DNA from: Ramazzottius varieornatus
Lineage: Eukaryota > Animalia > Tardigrada
Reading direction: 5' to 3'
Length of the DNA: 64,000 nucleotides
Assembly (NCBI GenBank): GCA_001949185.1
Contig: BDGG01000004.1
Span: 1,699,620 to 1,763,619 of the forward strand
This document shows positions 41,015-53,107 of this stretch, one piece after another. A program made the position numbers and the translations under genes. The notes under the pieces are model-generated. The model was not told where the DNA came from, ran no database searches, and worked only from the letters and a program-made list of their open reading frames with translations. Position 1 is the first letter of the stretch. Each line of letters opens with the position of its first letter.

Positions 41015-44000
41015 ATGATCGCTCACCCGAGCGCAGTAATGCAGCAAGCTCGACCAGAGCTCAAGCCAAACATCAACATGCCTCATCCGAAAAGCGAGAT
41101 GAAGCCTTTCATTCAACGCTTCGTTCCTCCTAATCTGCAACAGATCCAGAAGCTACACGGGCTCACTGCGAGCGGAGGAGTCGACGTTTTCAACAGTTAT
41201 AAGAAACCACCTGCGGTTCTGTGAGTAGCTCGCGTCGATTATTCCATCCGTAACTAGCTAATCCTATTACTCGCTCTCCTTATCATTTCAGCACTGCAAT
41301 AACTTTCGGCCCACAAAGCGAAGCTGAAATTCGATCGCAGAGCTGCGTTCAAGTTTGTGCTAACAAGCTATTCACTCCCACATTTCCGTTCGATCCTGTC
41401 CCGAATGGCTTGATGGACACCAAAATGGTATGGCTCGACACTTCCGGTTCGTAGTATTCGTTAGTGATCATCTGTATAGATTGTGCCTTCTGATTCTTAT
41501 AGGGTGTCAACTTGCGCAACAAGAAGTGCTCGTCATGCAACAAGCTGAACAGCGACTGTCCCGGCCACTTCGGCCATCTGCAGCTCTTCTTTCCAGTCTT
41601 CCATATGGGCTACATGAAGAACGTCTTCCAGATTATGCAGTGTGTCTGCCAAGTATGTATGACGATTGTATAATTATATTGTTATGCGAATCAGACTCGT
41701 ACCCCTGACATGATGCTTTTTGTTCACAGAACTGTTGCAGAGTTGTCCTTGCTGGTCCGCAAAGGTCCTCAATGCTGAACAAGGTGTCAAGACCAATGAC
41801 GATGACATTGAAGAAGGACCTGAAGAAGAAGATCGTCGAGCTTTGCAAAAAACAGAAGACCTGTCCTCATTGTGGCACTGTCCAGCCTACAGTGAAAAGA
41901 ATCGGGTACTATCGCATAGTCATGGAGATTCTTCGGCCTCCGTCCACCCAAAGAAAACTTTTGCCATATCTTACCCATATGGCGGAAGTAACCGCCACGG
42001 ACTCTTCCGGCGGGGACTTTCTACGCATCGACTTGGGAACCGCAAAAGTAAGATTAATTGATATCTTGTATGGGACCTAGGCAAACTGTGCCGCAAACAA
42101 ACTCGGCAAGATCGTTTTCCTAAGTGGCGCATAGTTTCGGTTACGAGGAGAGCATAGCGNNNNNNNNNNNNNNNNNNNNNNNNNNNNNNNNNNNNNNNNN
42201 NNNNNNNNNCGGAAGGCAAAAAGTTCGACCTGACAAGTCCACCATGCCTGACAACTCCGCTATGCACTCCTTATAGTGACACCGAAAAGGTGGACCACTT
42301 TGCAAAACAGTATTGTCGAGTTTGTTTATCGCACTCTATATTTATTATACAATTATATCTCGTAATTTATCATTTCTTTTTACTTATTTATTTTTATTCC
42401 AAAGGTTGGTTTTATAGATTCTGCTGAATCCCGTGTACTGCTCAAAGATACTCGACAACATTCCCATCCAAGACTTCCCCCTCCTTTTCTGCACAGTCGG
42501 CTCGCCAGGTGACTTAGTCATGAGATGCGTGCAAGTTCCACCCGTACCTATCCGACCCACCGTCATGCAAGAAGCGGAAGGCAGCGCCAATCAAGACGAC
42601 ATCACCGTCGCCATTTCCGGTGTTTTAGCTTTCGATCAGATCCTCCGTGAAAGAATGGATAAGGACCCCACTCGTCAGCTGCTAGAGAATTGGGAGAACA
42701 TGCAGTGGAAGTACAATCAGATCCTCAATGGTACAGCGAAAGACCCGAGTTCCAGCACAGCAGCTGTCGCGTTCAGCAAACCCCACAAGGGCTTCGAGCA
42801 ACGACTCAAAGGAAAACATGGGCGGTTTAGGGGTAACTTGAATGGCAAGCGAGTGAACTTTAGTGGTCGTACTGTCATTAGTCCCGATCCCAACTTGAGG
42901 TTGGACGAGGTGGGTGTGCCGGTGTACATGGCCAGGATTCTGACGTTTCCGCAGTATGTGAACTCGAGGAATATTCAAGAGTTGAAGAGGCTGGTGGCGA
43001 ATGGGTCGACATATCCTGGTGCTTCGAAAGTGACGAAGCATCAACCGGATGGGAATTCGTACGCAATCAGTTTGAATAACCCGAAGGTTGCAAAGGACCA
43101 GGAACATAAACTGGAGATTGGGGATATCGTTGATCGACACTTGAAGGCAAGCTTTTTTTTTCTTTCGATAATAGCACATACGACTTTGAAAATCTCTGTA
43201 GACAATTATTCTATATAACTTTGTCGAAGATTTTACAAATGGGAACTCGACGCACAAATTCTGGCCAGAGGTTTTCCCAAGTGGCGCACGTTTCTATTGT
43301 CGTTGGCTAACAGCGTGCGCTACTTGAAAGGATCGTCGTGCGGAGCTCGTTTGCTGAGCTCCCATTTGTGAAATAAGGACGAAGTCCAGTGCTTCTTCTT
43401 GTAGTTTCAAGAATATACTTTTGTAGGACGGTGATCCAGTGTTGTTCAACCGCCAACCGTCTCTCCACAAAATGAGCATCATGTCGCACAAAGCCCGAAT
43501 ACTTCCATCAAGAACTCTTCGCTTTAACGAGTGCGTGTGTACGCCGTACAACGCTGACTTCGACGGCGATGAGATGAACATCCATGTCCCTCAAACATAC
43601 ACCGCGCGTGCCGAAGCTGAACACCTCATGTTATCCACGCGTAATATTCTGACACCGAAGAACGGGGAAGTCATCATCGGTGCTCATCAGGACTTCATCA
43701 CCGGGTCGTACTTGCTGTCCAATAAGGATAACTTTTTCACAAGATCCGAGTTCGATCAGCTTGTGACGCAGATGCTGGTGGGAAAGGACAGAGCGCTACA
43801 GCTGACCTGGCCGAAACCGGCGGTGTGGAAACCTCAGAAATTGTGGACGGGAAAACAGGTAAGCCAAGTAACAAAATCTGATAACAATTTGAAATTGGCT
43901 ATCCTGGCGTTATCCACCTCTATACACCTTTGTTCGGTGGTGAACATGGTACGGGGTATGCAGGAGCGGGATGGTTAAGTGTGTTTGACGGGAAATGAGC

Positions 44001-47000
44001 CATCACGCTCCTGCATCCACCATGGTGCTTCGGTCTGCGTTGGCTGATATTTGCAGGAGCAGGATGACAGTTTCGAGCCAAGATCGAGAAATATTTTACA
44101 AGGCTTCGTTTCGTGCGATAATCTGAATTAAGAAAACCTCATCGATCTCGCCGATAGGTTCTGAGTGTAGTGCTGAAACCTAACAAGTATGCTGAAAGCC
44201 GGCAACTAAGTATGCGGACCAAAGGCAAGAACTACACCAAGAATGAAGACCTGTGTGAGAATGACTCATTCATGGTCATTCATAACGGCGAACTGATGGC
44301 CGGGACGTTTGACAAGAACAATGTGGGAACAGGCACGAGAAAGAACGTCTTCGCGCACTTGTTCCATGACTGCGGAAGCGCTTACGCAGCCGACGTCATT
44401 TACCGCCTGACTAGGGTCTCTGCATACTACATCTCGCGCCGTGGGTTCTCCATTGGAATCGAAGATGTGTCGCCGAGCACCACACTTCTGCAAACGAAGA
44501 AGGAACATGTGGTGAAAGCGTACGGGAAGTGTGAAGATTTAATCGACCAGCTGAAACGAGGCATCCTGGAGAACCGACCGGGTAAATTACCATTTCGATT
44601 TCTGTTTGAGCTTTCTACTCATATTGAAACTTTGTTCTAACGATTCGGCCTTTTGTATAGGCTGTACGAAAGAAGAAACGCTGGAAGCGAATATGGTACA
44701 AGAACTGTCGACGATTCGAGATCGAATGGGAAAGATCTGCATGGAATCCTTACCCAAGTCCAATGCGCCACTGATCATGGCACAATGTGGTTCCAAAGGT
44801 ACGCTTTACTAATCCTGCAGTAGTTATAGGAAATGTCAGCTTACTTTACATTCTGAAGAGTTCACTAAATAGGATAAGTACCGATGACGACACACCTGCA
44901 TACTTTTGCTCCGCACATCACGTAAAACTCTGTGTATGCAGGTGGGTGAGCTGTGGGTACAGTGAACCAAAGCTTCTGTTTGCCGAGCTTTCATAAGATT
45001 GCTCTCAGTTGTACCGGATTTCCAACTTTCGTAATCAAGGAAATGCTTTTTAGGTTCGGTGATCAACATATCGCAGATGGCAGTCTGCGTCGGTCAGCAG
45101 GTGATCAACGGAAAGCGTATCCCGAACGGTTTCGAAGACCGCTCCTTACCGACAGTCCCACGGTACTCTAAAGAACCATTAGCCAAAGGTTTCGTCGAGA
45201 ACAGCTTCTACAGCGGTCTGACTCCATCCGAGTTTTTTTTCCACACGATGGCCGGCCGAGAAGGTCTGGTCGACACAGCTGTCAAGACTGCCGAGACCGG
45301 CTACATGCAGCGACGGCTGATGAAATGTCTGGAAGACGTAGTGGTACACTACGACAAGACCGTCAGGAACTCCGTCAATGAGATCATCCAGTTCCGCTTT
45401 GGTGAAGACGGCTTGGACCCTGCATGCATGGAAGACGACGAAGCCTGCATGGACATGGAACATCGGTGGAGGCGCGCCAAGAATACGGAAGTGGCACACT
45501 TTCAAGCGGGCAACAAGTTGCTGCCAGCCAAAGAACTGCAGGGACGATGGGAGAACGTGGTAGCGCCTGGTATGGAGCTTAGACTTGGCGACTCGTCACT
45601 GACGGGATCAGGTAAGAAATTCTCGTATTGCAGTATGGGTTTTTTCCAACCATTTTATTAATTTATTTTTCAAGTTATTTCTGTTGGTTTTTTTTATTAT
45701 TCTCTAGATATTTTCCAGTTATTGGTTAAGATGAGCAGAAAAGTATAGCTGAAAACTCTTCCGGGAAAAGATGCTAGTCACGGCTTTGATTCGGTTTTAT
45801 GTCCTTTAGGTAATGAAGTCAGGTTCTTTCTGGACAGTGTTCGGAAGTTCATTACCGGAAAGACCGACGCTATGCTGAAAGACGAGCAGAAGTACGGACC
45901 CGTAGAAGACTCCAAAGAACTAACTCGCTACCAACGCCATGTCACGATGAAGCAGTTCGACAAGTTCATCGCTTTGTGTGGTGGTAAGTGGCAGCGGATG
46001 ACAGTAGAGCCAGGTACGGCGGTGGGTGCTTTGTGTGCTCAGAGTATCGGGGAGCCCGGCACCCAGATGACGCTTAAGACCTTCCACTTCGCCGGTGTGG
46101 CCTCCATGAACATCACACTGGGTGTACCGCGTATCAAAGAGATCATCAACGCTTCCGCCCATGTCAGTACACCTATCATCACGACTTTCTTGGAAAACAG
46201 CAGAGATGAATTGACTGCCAGGAAGGTGAAGGCCAAGTTAGAAAGGTAATGGACTAACTACACCAAGACTGCTTTTTTATGACGGGGAAAGCAAACGCTC
46301 AGGATCGTCTTCGTCAGTGGCGTACCTTCCCGCCGGTAATAATGAAGAGGTGCGCAGCTTGAGGTAGCGCACATTCTATCTTATACGTTTGGTTTCCCGG
46401 CCTCCCAATTATTATTTTATTTGTTGATTACTCTTTCTGAAGTTTGCGATTGTTTCAAGGACCATGTTGTCGGAAGTGACGCTAATCATGAGCGATGTCC
46501 TGGTGGACGATCAGATCGTGGTGGTGTTTGAGCTGGCTAGAGACATCATCAACCTGTTGCATCTGCCAGTAACGAGTTATAGTGTGTCAGAGATATTGAA
46601 AGCTCATCCGAAAGCTTCCAAACTGATTCGCAATGTTGATTGCTACGGGAAGTGGATCGTGAAAGTGCAGATCAACGACGAAACTGTGAAAGGGAAGAAG
46701 GTGGATAGGAAGACGGCGTTCTTGGGAAGAGCCCACGAATTGAGACGCCTTGCGGCGGAAGTCGTCGTTGCGGTAGGTGAACCTCGTTTCCTTCTCAACT
46801 AAAACTTCCTAATCTGTGTTCTTTTTCTCAGGGTCTGCCATCCGCACATCGGGCTGTCATTGCTCAGTCCGCGGAAGATGGTTACAGGTTGCTGGCTGAC
46901 GGAACCGACTTGCAAGCTGTGTTGGGTCTTCGAGGTATTTTTCTCTTGGTTCTCATACACTAAGAGTTGGATTCAAGTTCGATGTTTTGTGGAACAGGTG

Positions 47001-47498
47001 TCGATACTAAACGAACAACAACGAATAACTGCATGGAAATCTTCCGTGTCTTGGGTGTCGAAGCTGCCCGAGCTTCTATCATCTCTGAGATGCACTATAC
47101 GATGAAGAGCCACGGCATGAGCATCGACTGGAGGCATTACTCTCTACTAGCTGACACAATGACCACAAGGGTAAAAGCTCAATGGTTTTTGCGACTAGGA
47201 GAACCAAGAATTGGAAGGATTTCTGTGTTCGCAGGGCAACCTCTTTGGTTTTACGAGGTACGGGATGGTCAAGATGAAGGATTCGGCGCTCATGCTGGCC
47301 TCGTTTGAACAGACCGTGGACCACCTGTACGATGCTGCCTTTTACGGAGTGACTGACGATATCGTCGGTGTCAGTGAGTCTGTCATTCTTGGTCAAGATG
47401 TTCGTGTTGGAACGGGCCTATGCCGAATCCTCTCAGCGCCTAATGAGAATGCCAGTAAGGTTCTCTCGAATGTACCGGAAGAGCTCAACATCGACTAG
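41015..47498 (+). CDS. POLR3A: DNA-directed RNA polymerase III largest subunit (RPC1)
   Basis: Zn site CSSC...[38 protein letters not shown], catalytic [11 protein letters not shown], bridge helix [22 protein letters not shown], trigger loop [17 protein letters not shown], Pol III-type C-terminus [23 protein letters not shown]; no CTD heptads. Start codon choice is tentative. Confidence 0.96.
42160..42209. other. Assembly gap (50 N) within a POLR3A intron
   Basis: Run of n characters. Confidence 1.
43945..44024. repeat. Intronic hairpin in POLR3A
   Basis: ATGCAGGAGCGGGATGGT (43958) is nearly the reverse complement of GCCATCACGCTCCTGCAT (ending 44016); the flanking CATGGT/ACCATG also pair. 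Confidence 0.75.
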
Positions 47499-48288
47499 TA
47501 CAGGTTAGAGGAAGCCCCTTCATGTTTCTGTGATGATAGAGCGTTTGGACCGCTCATCACGGTACTTTCTTTTTTATCTCGTTCTGTGCATTCACACGTA
47601 TCTGAACAGGAATCCTTCCCGCTGCTAGAGGTCGTCCGATTAATTTCTTTGAATATCATCGAAATATTTGACAAGAGCACGGCTGGTAGTTTTGGCGTTC
47701 CATACATACATTAGAGTCTGCTGTTTCTCCCAACCGCCTCAAGGTCAGCCAAAATGCAAAGTAATCACCTGTGCCAATAATTTTTCTCCTGTATGCCGTG
47801 CTTAGAGTACAGACCCGAGTATCCAAGGTGTCTTCTGGTGCTGGAAGTAAGTGGAGGTTCCTCAGCGTACACCAAAATATTGAAGAGGTTGGAATGTGGT
47901 GTGGTGTCAAAAACACGTCTCCTGCGTGCAGATGAGGAAGTACTGGCATGTCATGCAGAATCGGACACGCGCTCATACAGAAAGTCTTTTGTCCAATAAT
48001 GGAGTCAGAAAAATGCCGAGAAGGTTCCAGGCCAAGCATGTCCAGACATTTTTCGAAAAGTTGTTGACGATGTATATAATAAGCGCATTGCACAACAGGA
48101 ACGATCGTACGAGAAAGTATCAGTTTACTAGTTCGTCTTCTGGTCCTGGTAGCAAAGTTGCTCCTGAACTCCAAGTTCCAACACGACTGAAGTCAGTTCC
48201 CCGTTCTAGCGAAGCCGCTTCGTTACAGTAGTTCGGCATCCTAGCTGGTTAGTGTGGATTCTGTGAGAGCGCGACCTTATTGTGAAGA

Positions 48289-48996
48289 ATGGATCGTCGA
48301 CACCGTGAGAACGTCCTGATCGTGTGCATTGTTTTGATGATGGCCAGTTTCTGCAGTGGCGCTCGGGTTTGCGACCGCGATACCGTGCGTGGTGAGTTTT
48401 CGATTTGTGGTCTCTATCCTCCATTGTATCAATAGAATTACTTTATTTGATTTACTCAACAAATAATACGGATGAATATCTGAGCAATGCAAGTTTTATG
48501 ACAGATGTGTGGCAAAAGTGCGGACATTACTTGAGCAAGCGGAGCATTCAGGACCCGGCAAGCTCCTTCGTGGGGAGATGGAATGGGCTACGGGCCATCC
48601 AGCGCCCCATGATGCCGTCTGTGGCACCTCAGCTGGAACAGGCGGACGTCATTGAATACGGTAAACTTAAGTGAATCAAATTTTCCCAAAACTTTGATGC
48701 GGAACCCATCAAAAACTGCCTCCTTTTTGTGATCGGTCAGCTGAACTTCGAGTGCTGTTGTTTTTCCAGATTATGAGGAGCTGGAACGAGAAGAGGTCCC
48801 CATATCCAAGCCGGAAAGACTTACCGTGGAACGGAAGAAGCAAGACCAGCAAGAGTCCGAAGCCCAAGCCGAACAAGGAAGTCGATCTCGACGACCCCGC
48901 AATCTTCGCATGCGACTTCGAGGATCCACCAGCGCTGTCGCACGCAACTGCGAAGCGGTTCTTCAGCAGATGCATCAACTATGCGCTAAGAAATGA
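48289..48996 (+). CDS. 161-aa secreted relaxin/gonadulin-like (insulin superfamily) precursor with only four core cysteines
   Basis: Exons 48289-48391, 48505-48660 and 48770-48996 with two phase-1 GT-AG introns give 486 nt in frame. Signal peptide MDRRHRENVLIVCIVLMMASFCSG, B-like ARVCDRDTVRDVWQKCGHYLS-KR, acidic connecting peptide, multibasic RSRRPRNLRMRLR, A-like GSTSAVARNCEAVLQQMHQLCAKK*. TATA-like TATATAA near 48073. Confidence 0.7.
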
Positions 48997-49455
48997 TATC
49001 TCTTTGTGGATTTTGCTGGTCTATGTATTGTACAGATCTGCATTGTGGAATCTGCTGTATCGAAATTCCACTTTATTTACTGGAATCCATGATTTATCGG
49101 AAGCCCCTTTTATATGTTATCGTAATTTAATTTAAGTACCAAAGTATTTCGTTGTTTCACTCTACATGGAAGAACGTGTTCATTGTGATACGATTATCGC
49201 GTCCGAACCTTGACGTCGCATCATAAACCATTTCTTTTTATTGTTCAAAAAATGCTCGGCGCTCACCGAAGCATAATAAACTCACAAGCAACAGCATGAA
49301 GTCTAAAAATTTTAACAGACGCTGCTAAAAAGGTGGGAAGCATAGAAATGTGTCGACAAAGGCTGTGGTCCTTAGATGGGCCATAAAAATAGAGGCTATA
49401 CGCTAAAACATCTAGCCGAATCAGCGAATAAAGCGATACATCAGAACTCAGGACG

Positions 49456-52397
49456 TCAAGAGCTTTCGAAGACGTGGTCCTCAAACGCGCCAGGAGAACC
49501 TGCAGTCTTGTTTAGCCGCTGGCTTTCGGTAGCCTTAGATGGCTCGCGACTGGATCTGGATGGTGAATTCTCCGAAGATGATTCTTGTCGTATGGGGAGA
49601 CCTATGATTTTACGGATGGACGAAGGCAGTTCCTCAGCCCCGATCAGTTGCAGGTAGATGCTTTCAGCCAGCTCCAACGTCTTTTCCAAGTTGATCGTCA
49701 TCGCCAGGTCGTTGATGTGCTGAAAGGAAACACATTACCGAATAAGAACGAAGAAACTTCATAAAAACCCACCGGTGGCCTGGTACTTACTCTAAGGATC
49801 TCAGTGGAACTAAACTTGTTTTCCACTAAGGTATTCTTCTCCGTGTCCAGTATGGCATAAGCGACCAGAAGGTGAAAGTTCTTACAGGGCCTGCCCGTCC
49901 ACAATACCTGTAACGGAGGCCATGACACCGAACTGGACATACTAGTTTTATAGAAACTGCCAAACCTACCTCCCACAGACGCATTACATCCTCAAAGCTG
50001 AACTCCCGCTTGAAGTGTACAAGCAGCCATCGGAAACAGAAGTACAGCTTGGGATCATTGGCGTCTGAAAGAAGAGCTCAAGTAGTTACTTCCACAGGAA
50101 GGAGTTCAAACAGTGCTTCCGAAGTGAGAGATTACCAATGTAGCGTTTGAGAGAAGGGTCGAGGTACTTCATAAGGGTACTCAAATGATCGAGCTCCTAA
50201 AATAGCAAAGCACAGTCACACTGTATGCCGTATGTACGAGAGACCCAGACTACTGCTCTTCCATATTGCTTCCTTTTTACCTTCATCAGTTTCTCCATAT
50301 CGAAATTGTGGGTCTACGGTAGTGCATCAAATAAATTCTCAAGATCCAATTAAAATACACCTAATCAATCGCGGAAGTGCCTTACAATGGAATCCATAAG
50401 GCCGCAAAATGTCCAAAATGTGTCCACTTCATCGCCTTCCATTATGACCATAACGGGCGTCAGTAGATCACTCATTCCCTGAACGTAACCTAAAAAGAAG
50501 ATAAACAGAACTCAAGCTAGGTTGACCCCAGTCAACCCTCTAGTTTGACCTCAGACCAAAAGATAGTTCGGTCATACCTAGGTCAAAATTCAGCATGCAG
50601 TACGTCATCAACAGCTCGTTCATCACTTTCAGGGCCGCGCTCTTTCCCTCGAAAAACGGGTGATTGCGATCCGTGCGATGAACGTCCTTCTCTACGGAAA
50701 CAGGAAGCTGTAACAGTATATTCAAACGAGGTTATTAGAGTGTCTCACCAATCAGGTCCTTGCGCTCCCTCCAGATGGAGAATCGCTTTTCCTGCTCCGG
50801 GCTGATTGTCGACCATTGACTTTTCATGCGGTAGTAATCAGCGCTGGAACGAGCATTCGCTTTACAAGAAATCGTACAAAATGCGCAAACGGAAATGCTT
50901 ACGCTAAAAGCTCACGCTTTCCTCTTCGTTCTTCCATCGTGGCGTTCCAGTCGTAGTAACCTAGGAGGTACTTCCACACCTCTTTTCGTAAACTGACATC
51001 GACACCCTAATAACGAGAATAATGCTTGATTTTCTACACGTGAGTAGGGCGGTCAGACTTCACTTACGCCTCTGAAAACGATATCCTTGACTTCCGCAGC
51101 ATGCTCGTCCGTTATTCTTCCTTCCGAATCAAAGAAAGACTTCCATTCCGTCGCAGTCAACGGTGCCCGACGGTGTACCGTATGGCGTGGAGGTAGTTCC
51201 AACGGAGGTTTCTGGAAGCTAATGCTGTTGATTTAACGGTGATAGGGAGTAGAGGAGTGACAGCACACCGAGCATTTGAATGTCTTACAATTGAGATGAC
51301 TTCGAAGTCCTGGTCATCGTTTGAGGTGGTCTGCAAGTTGTTCATACTTATCGGTGGTAGCTGAAAGTCGGGGATCCTGTGCGTATCCATAGCGCCGTGT
51401 GGACCGCCATCCTCCATCATCGGCGGAGCAAGAACATCGACCGCCGTCATCAGCATGCTGTGTACTTTCGAGAGACCCAGGAAGGCTGTCGTTACGGGAC
51501 TTTTCGCGAAGCGCTACGACAACAAGCGATAATCGATATTACAGTATGTTCGAAAAAGTCATTAGTTCAATCGATGACAGAGCAAAAAAACGATGAAACC
51601 GTACCTGCAAAAAATGCGCTGACTGATTCGGAATATCATAGAGGTCTTGTCGTCGTTGTCTTCCTCGTCTGTCCCGCACCAGACATAAGTGCGGATCCTT
51701 AACGGACCTGACGAAGAAAATCGAAGTTGATCCAAACATCATACTGAAAACTTTGATTAGCGGGATAAGGCAATACCGTTCGATCATTAGCCGTTCTTGA
51801 AGAAAGGCGATCAGCTCCTGGTAACCCATATCGTCCAGTTCCAGCGTAGAGTGACTAGTGCCGTCGTTGGTGATAAACGTCAAACGAACTGGTGCTCCGT
51901 CCACTTCGTCCCCATGGACTTTAAAGCACTTCACGTCTTCGATGTCGATGCTGACGTGGGGTATTCTGTAGCTACCGGTCTTTGTGGAGAACATTGTGCA
52001 GTTAACTTGCTCGGCATAGGTCCCATCTTCGGATAACAACGCTTCTTTCCAAGGAGACCATTCCAGGCTTGTTCCGAGACGCTCCTGCAATACACGTGGA
52101 TCATTAGCCCATTACGCTTTGAACATTTGCAGAAAGACTTTAGTGTCGACAGGAGCTCACCTTACTGACCACTGACAAAGATCCGATGACTTTTTCCGGA
52201 ACGGCGATGGCAGCACTATGAGCCAGCTTGGGCATCAGTACATTCACTGCATCCCAGCATTTTATCACGGTGACCTGTATATAACAACAACGGGATCACC
52301 AAAGATATTCGCAAACCAAAAGTGCAATGACGATAAGATACGAACATAGACCATTCTGTATAGTCCTTACCTCCGGTTTTTCCAGTTCAGAATTCAT
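49456..52397 (-). CDS. TBC1D15: TBC1 domain family member 15/17 (Rab7 GAP, Gyp7-like)
   Basis: R finger EKDVHRTDR, Q finger GYVQGMSDLL, LYFCFRWLLVHFKREF, LWEVLWTGRPCKNFHLLVA and EILRHINDLA. ATG at 52397, stop at 49458-49456. Confidence 0.92.
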
Positions 52398-53107
52398 CGT
52401 TGCCGTCTGCTGTCGAACTTCAAATGATGACTTCAAGAACGGGATTTCGTAGCGAGAGAGGCAGGTCACTGTCGAGGTGGCACCCCGTTCCTTGCGTCTC
52501 CTCCTGGAACCTACAGCAGCTGCTTCAACGCTTGTCTTTGACGGACTTCACGACGAGTTGATCTCGTTGAAATCTACGATGCTGTCACGGTATGCATTGA
52601 TCCGGTTTTAGGGAGTAGTCCACTCAGAGAAGCGAGAAGTAACAGGACATCCACACCTCTAGAAATCGGAAATTTAGAATCCATATAAACGTAAACAAAG
52701 ATCAGAAATCAATGAGTGATGTCATTCAGTATCCAACCAGTGATTTACAGTAATCTGGGCGTCAGTTCGTTCTGGTGGAATGATTCCAAAAGCTCTTGAT
52801 TAACTCGCAACTGTATCATACTAGGCTCTGATGATTGATTAGTTGATTCGTGAAAATACACCAGTGAACCGCCCCCTGGCTTATGGTCGAACTCTTTGTA
52901 AAACACTGGACGCTCTTCGCCGAGTTCGTTTGCCTCTGATCCTCTGCTATCCAAACTGTACATGTTCTTTTCCTTACAGGTACTGGGTCGTTCGTGTGGA
53001 AGTTTGCATCCTGTTGAGCTTGAAAGGTAGGTGCTTGCCGAGACGTTGGACCACTGCGTCCGCGACGGAGTGGGAGTTTGGAAAGTTCGGACCAAATAAC
53101 GCGCCAA

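Noticed and set aside
48752-49135. 127-aa ORF from the track as the product of this locus
   Set aside because: Splice phase from the upstream exons selects a different frame, ending at 48996.
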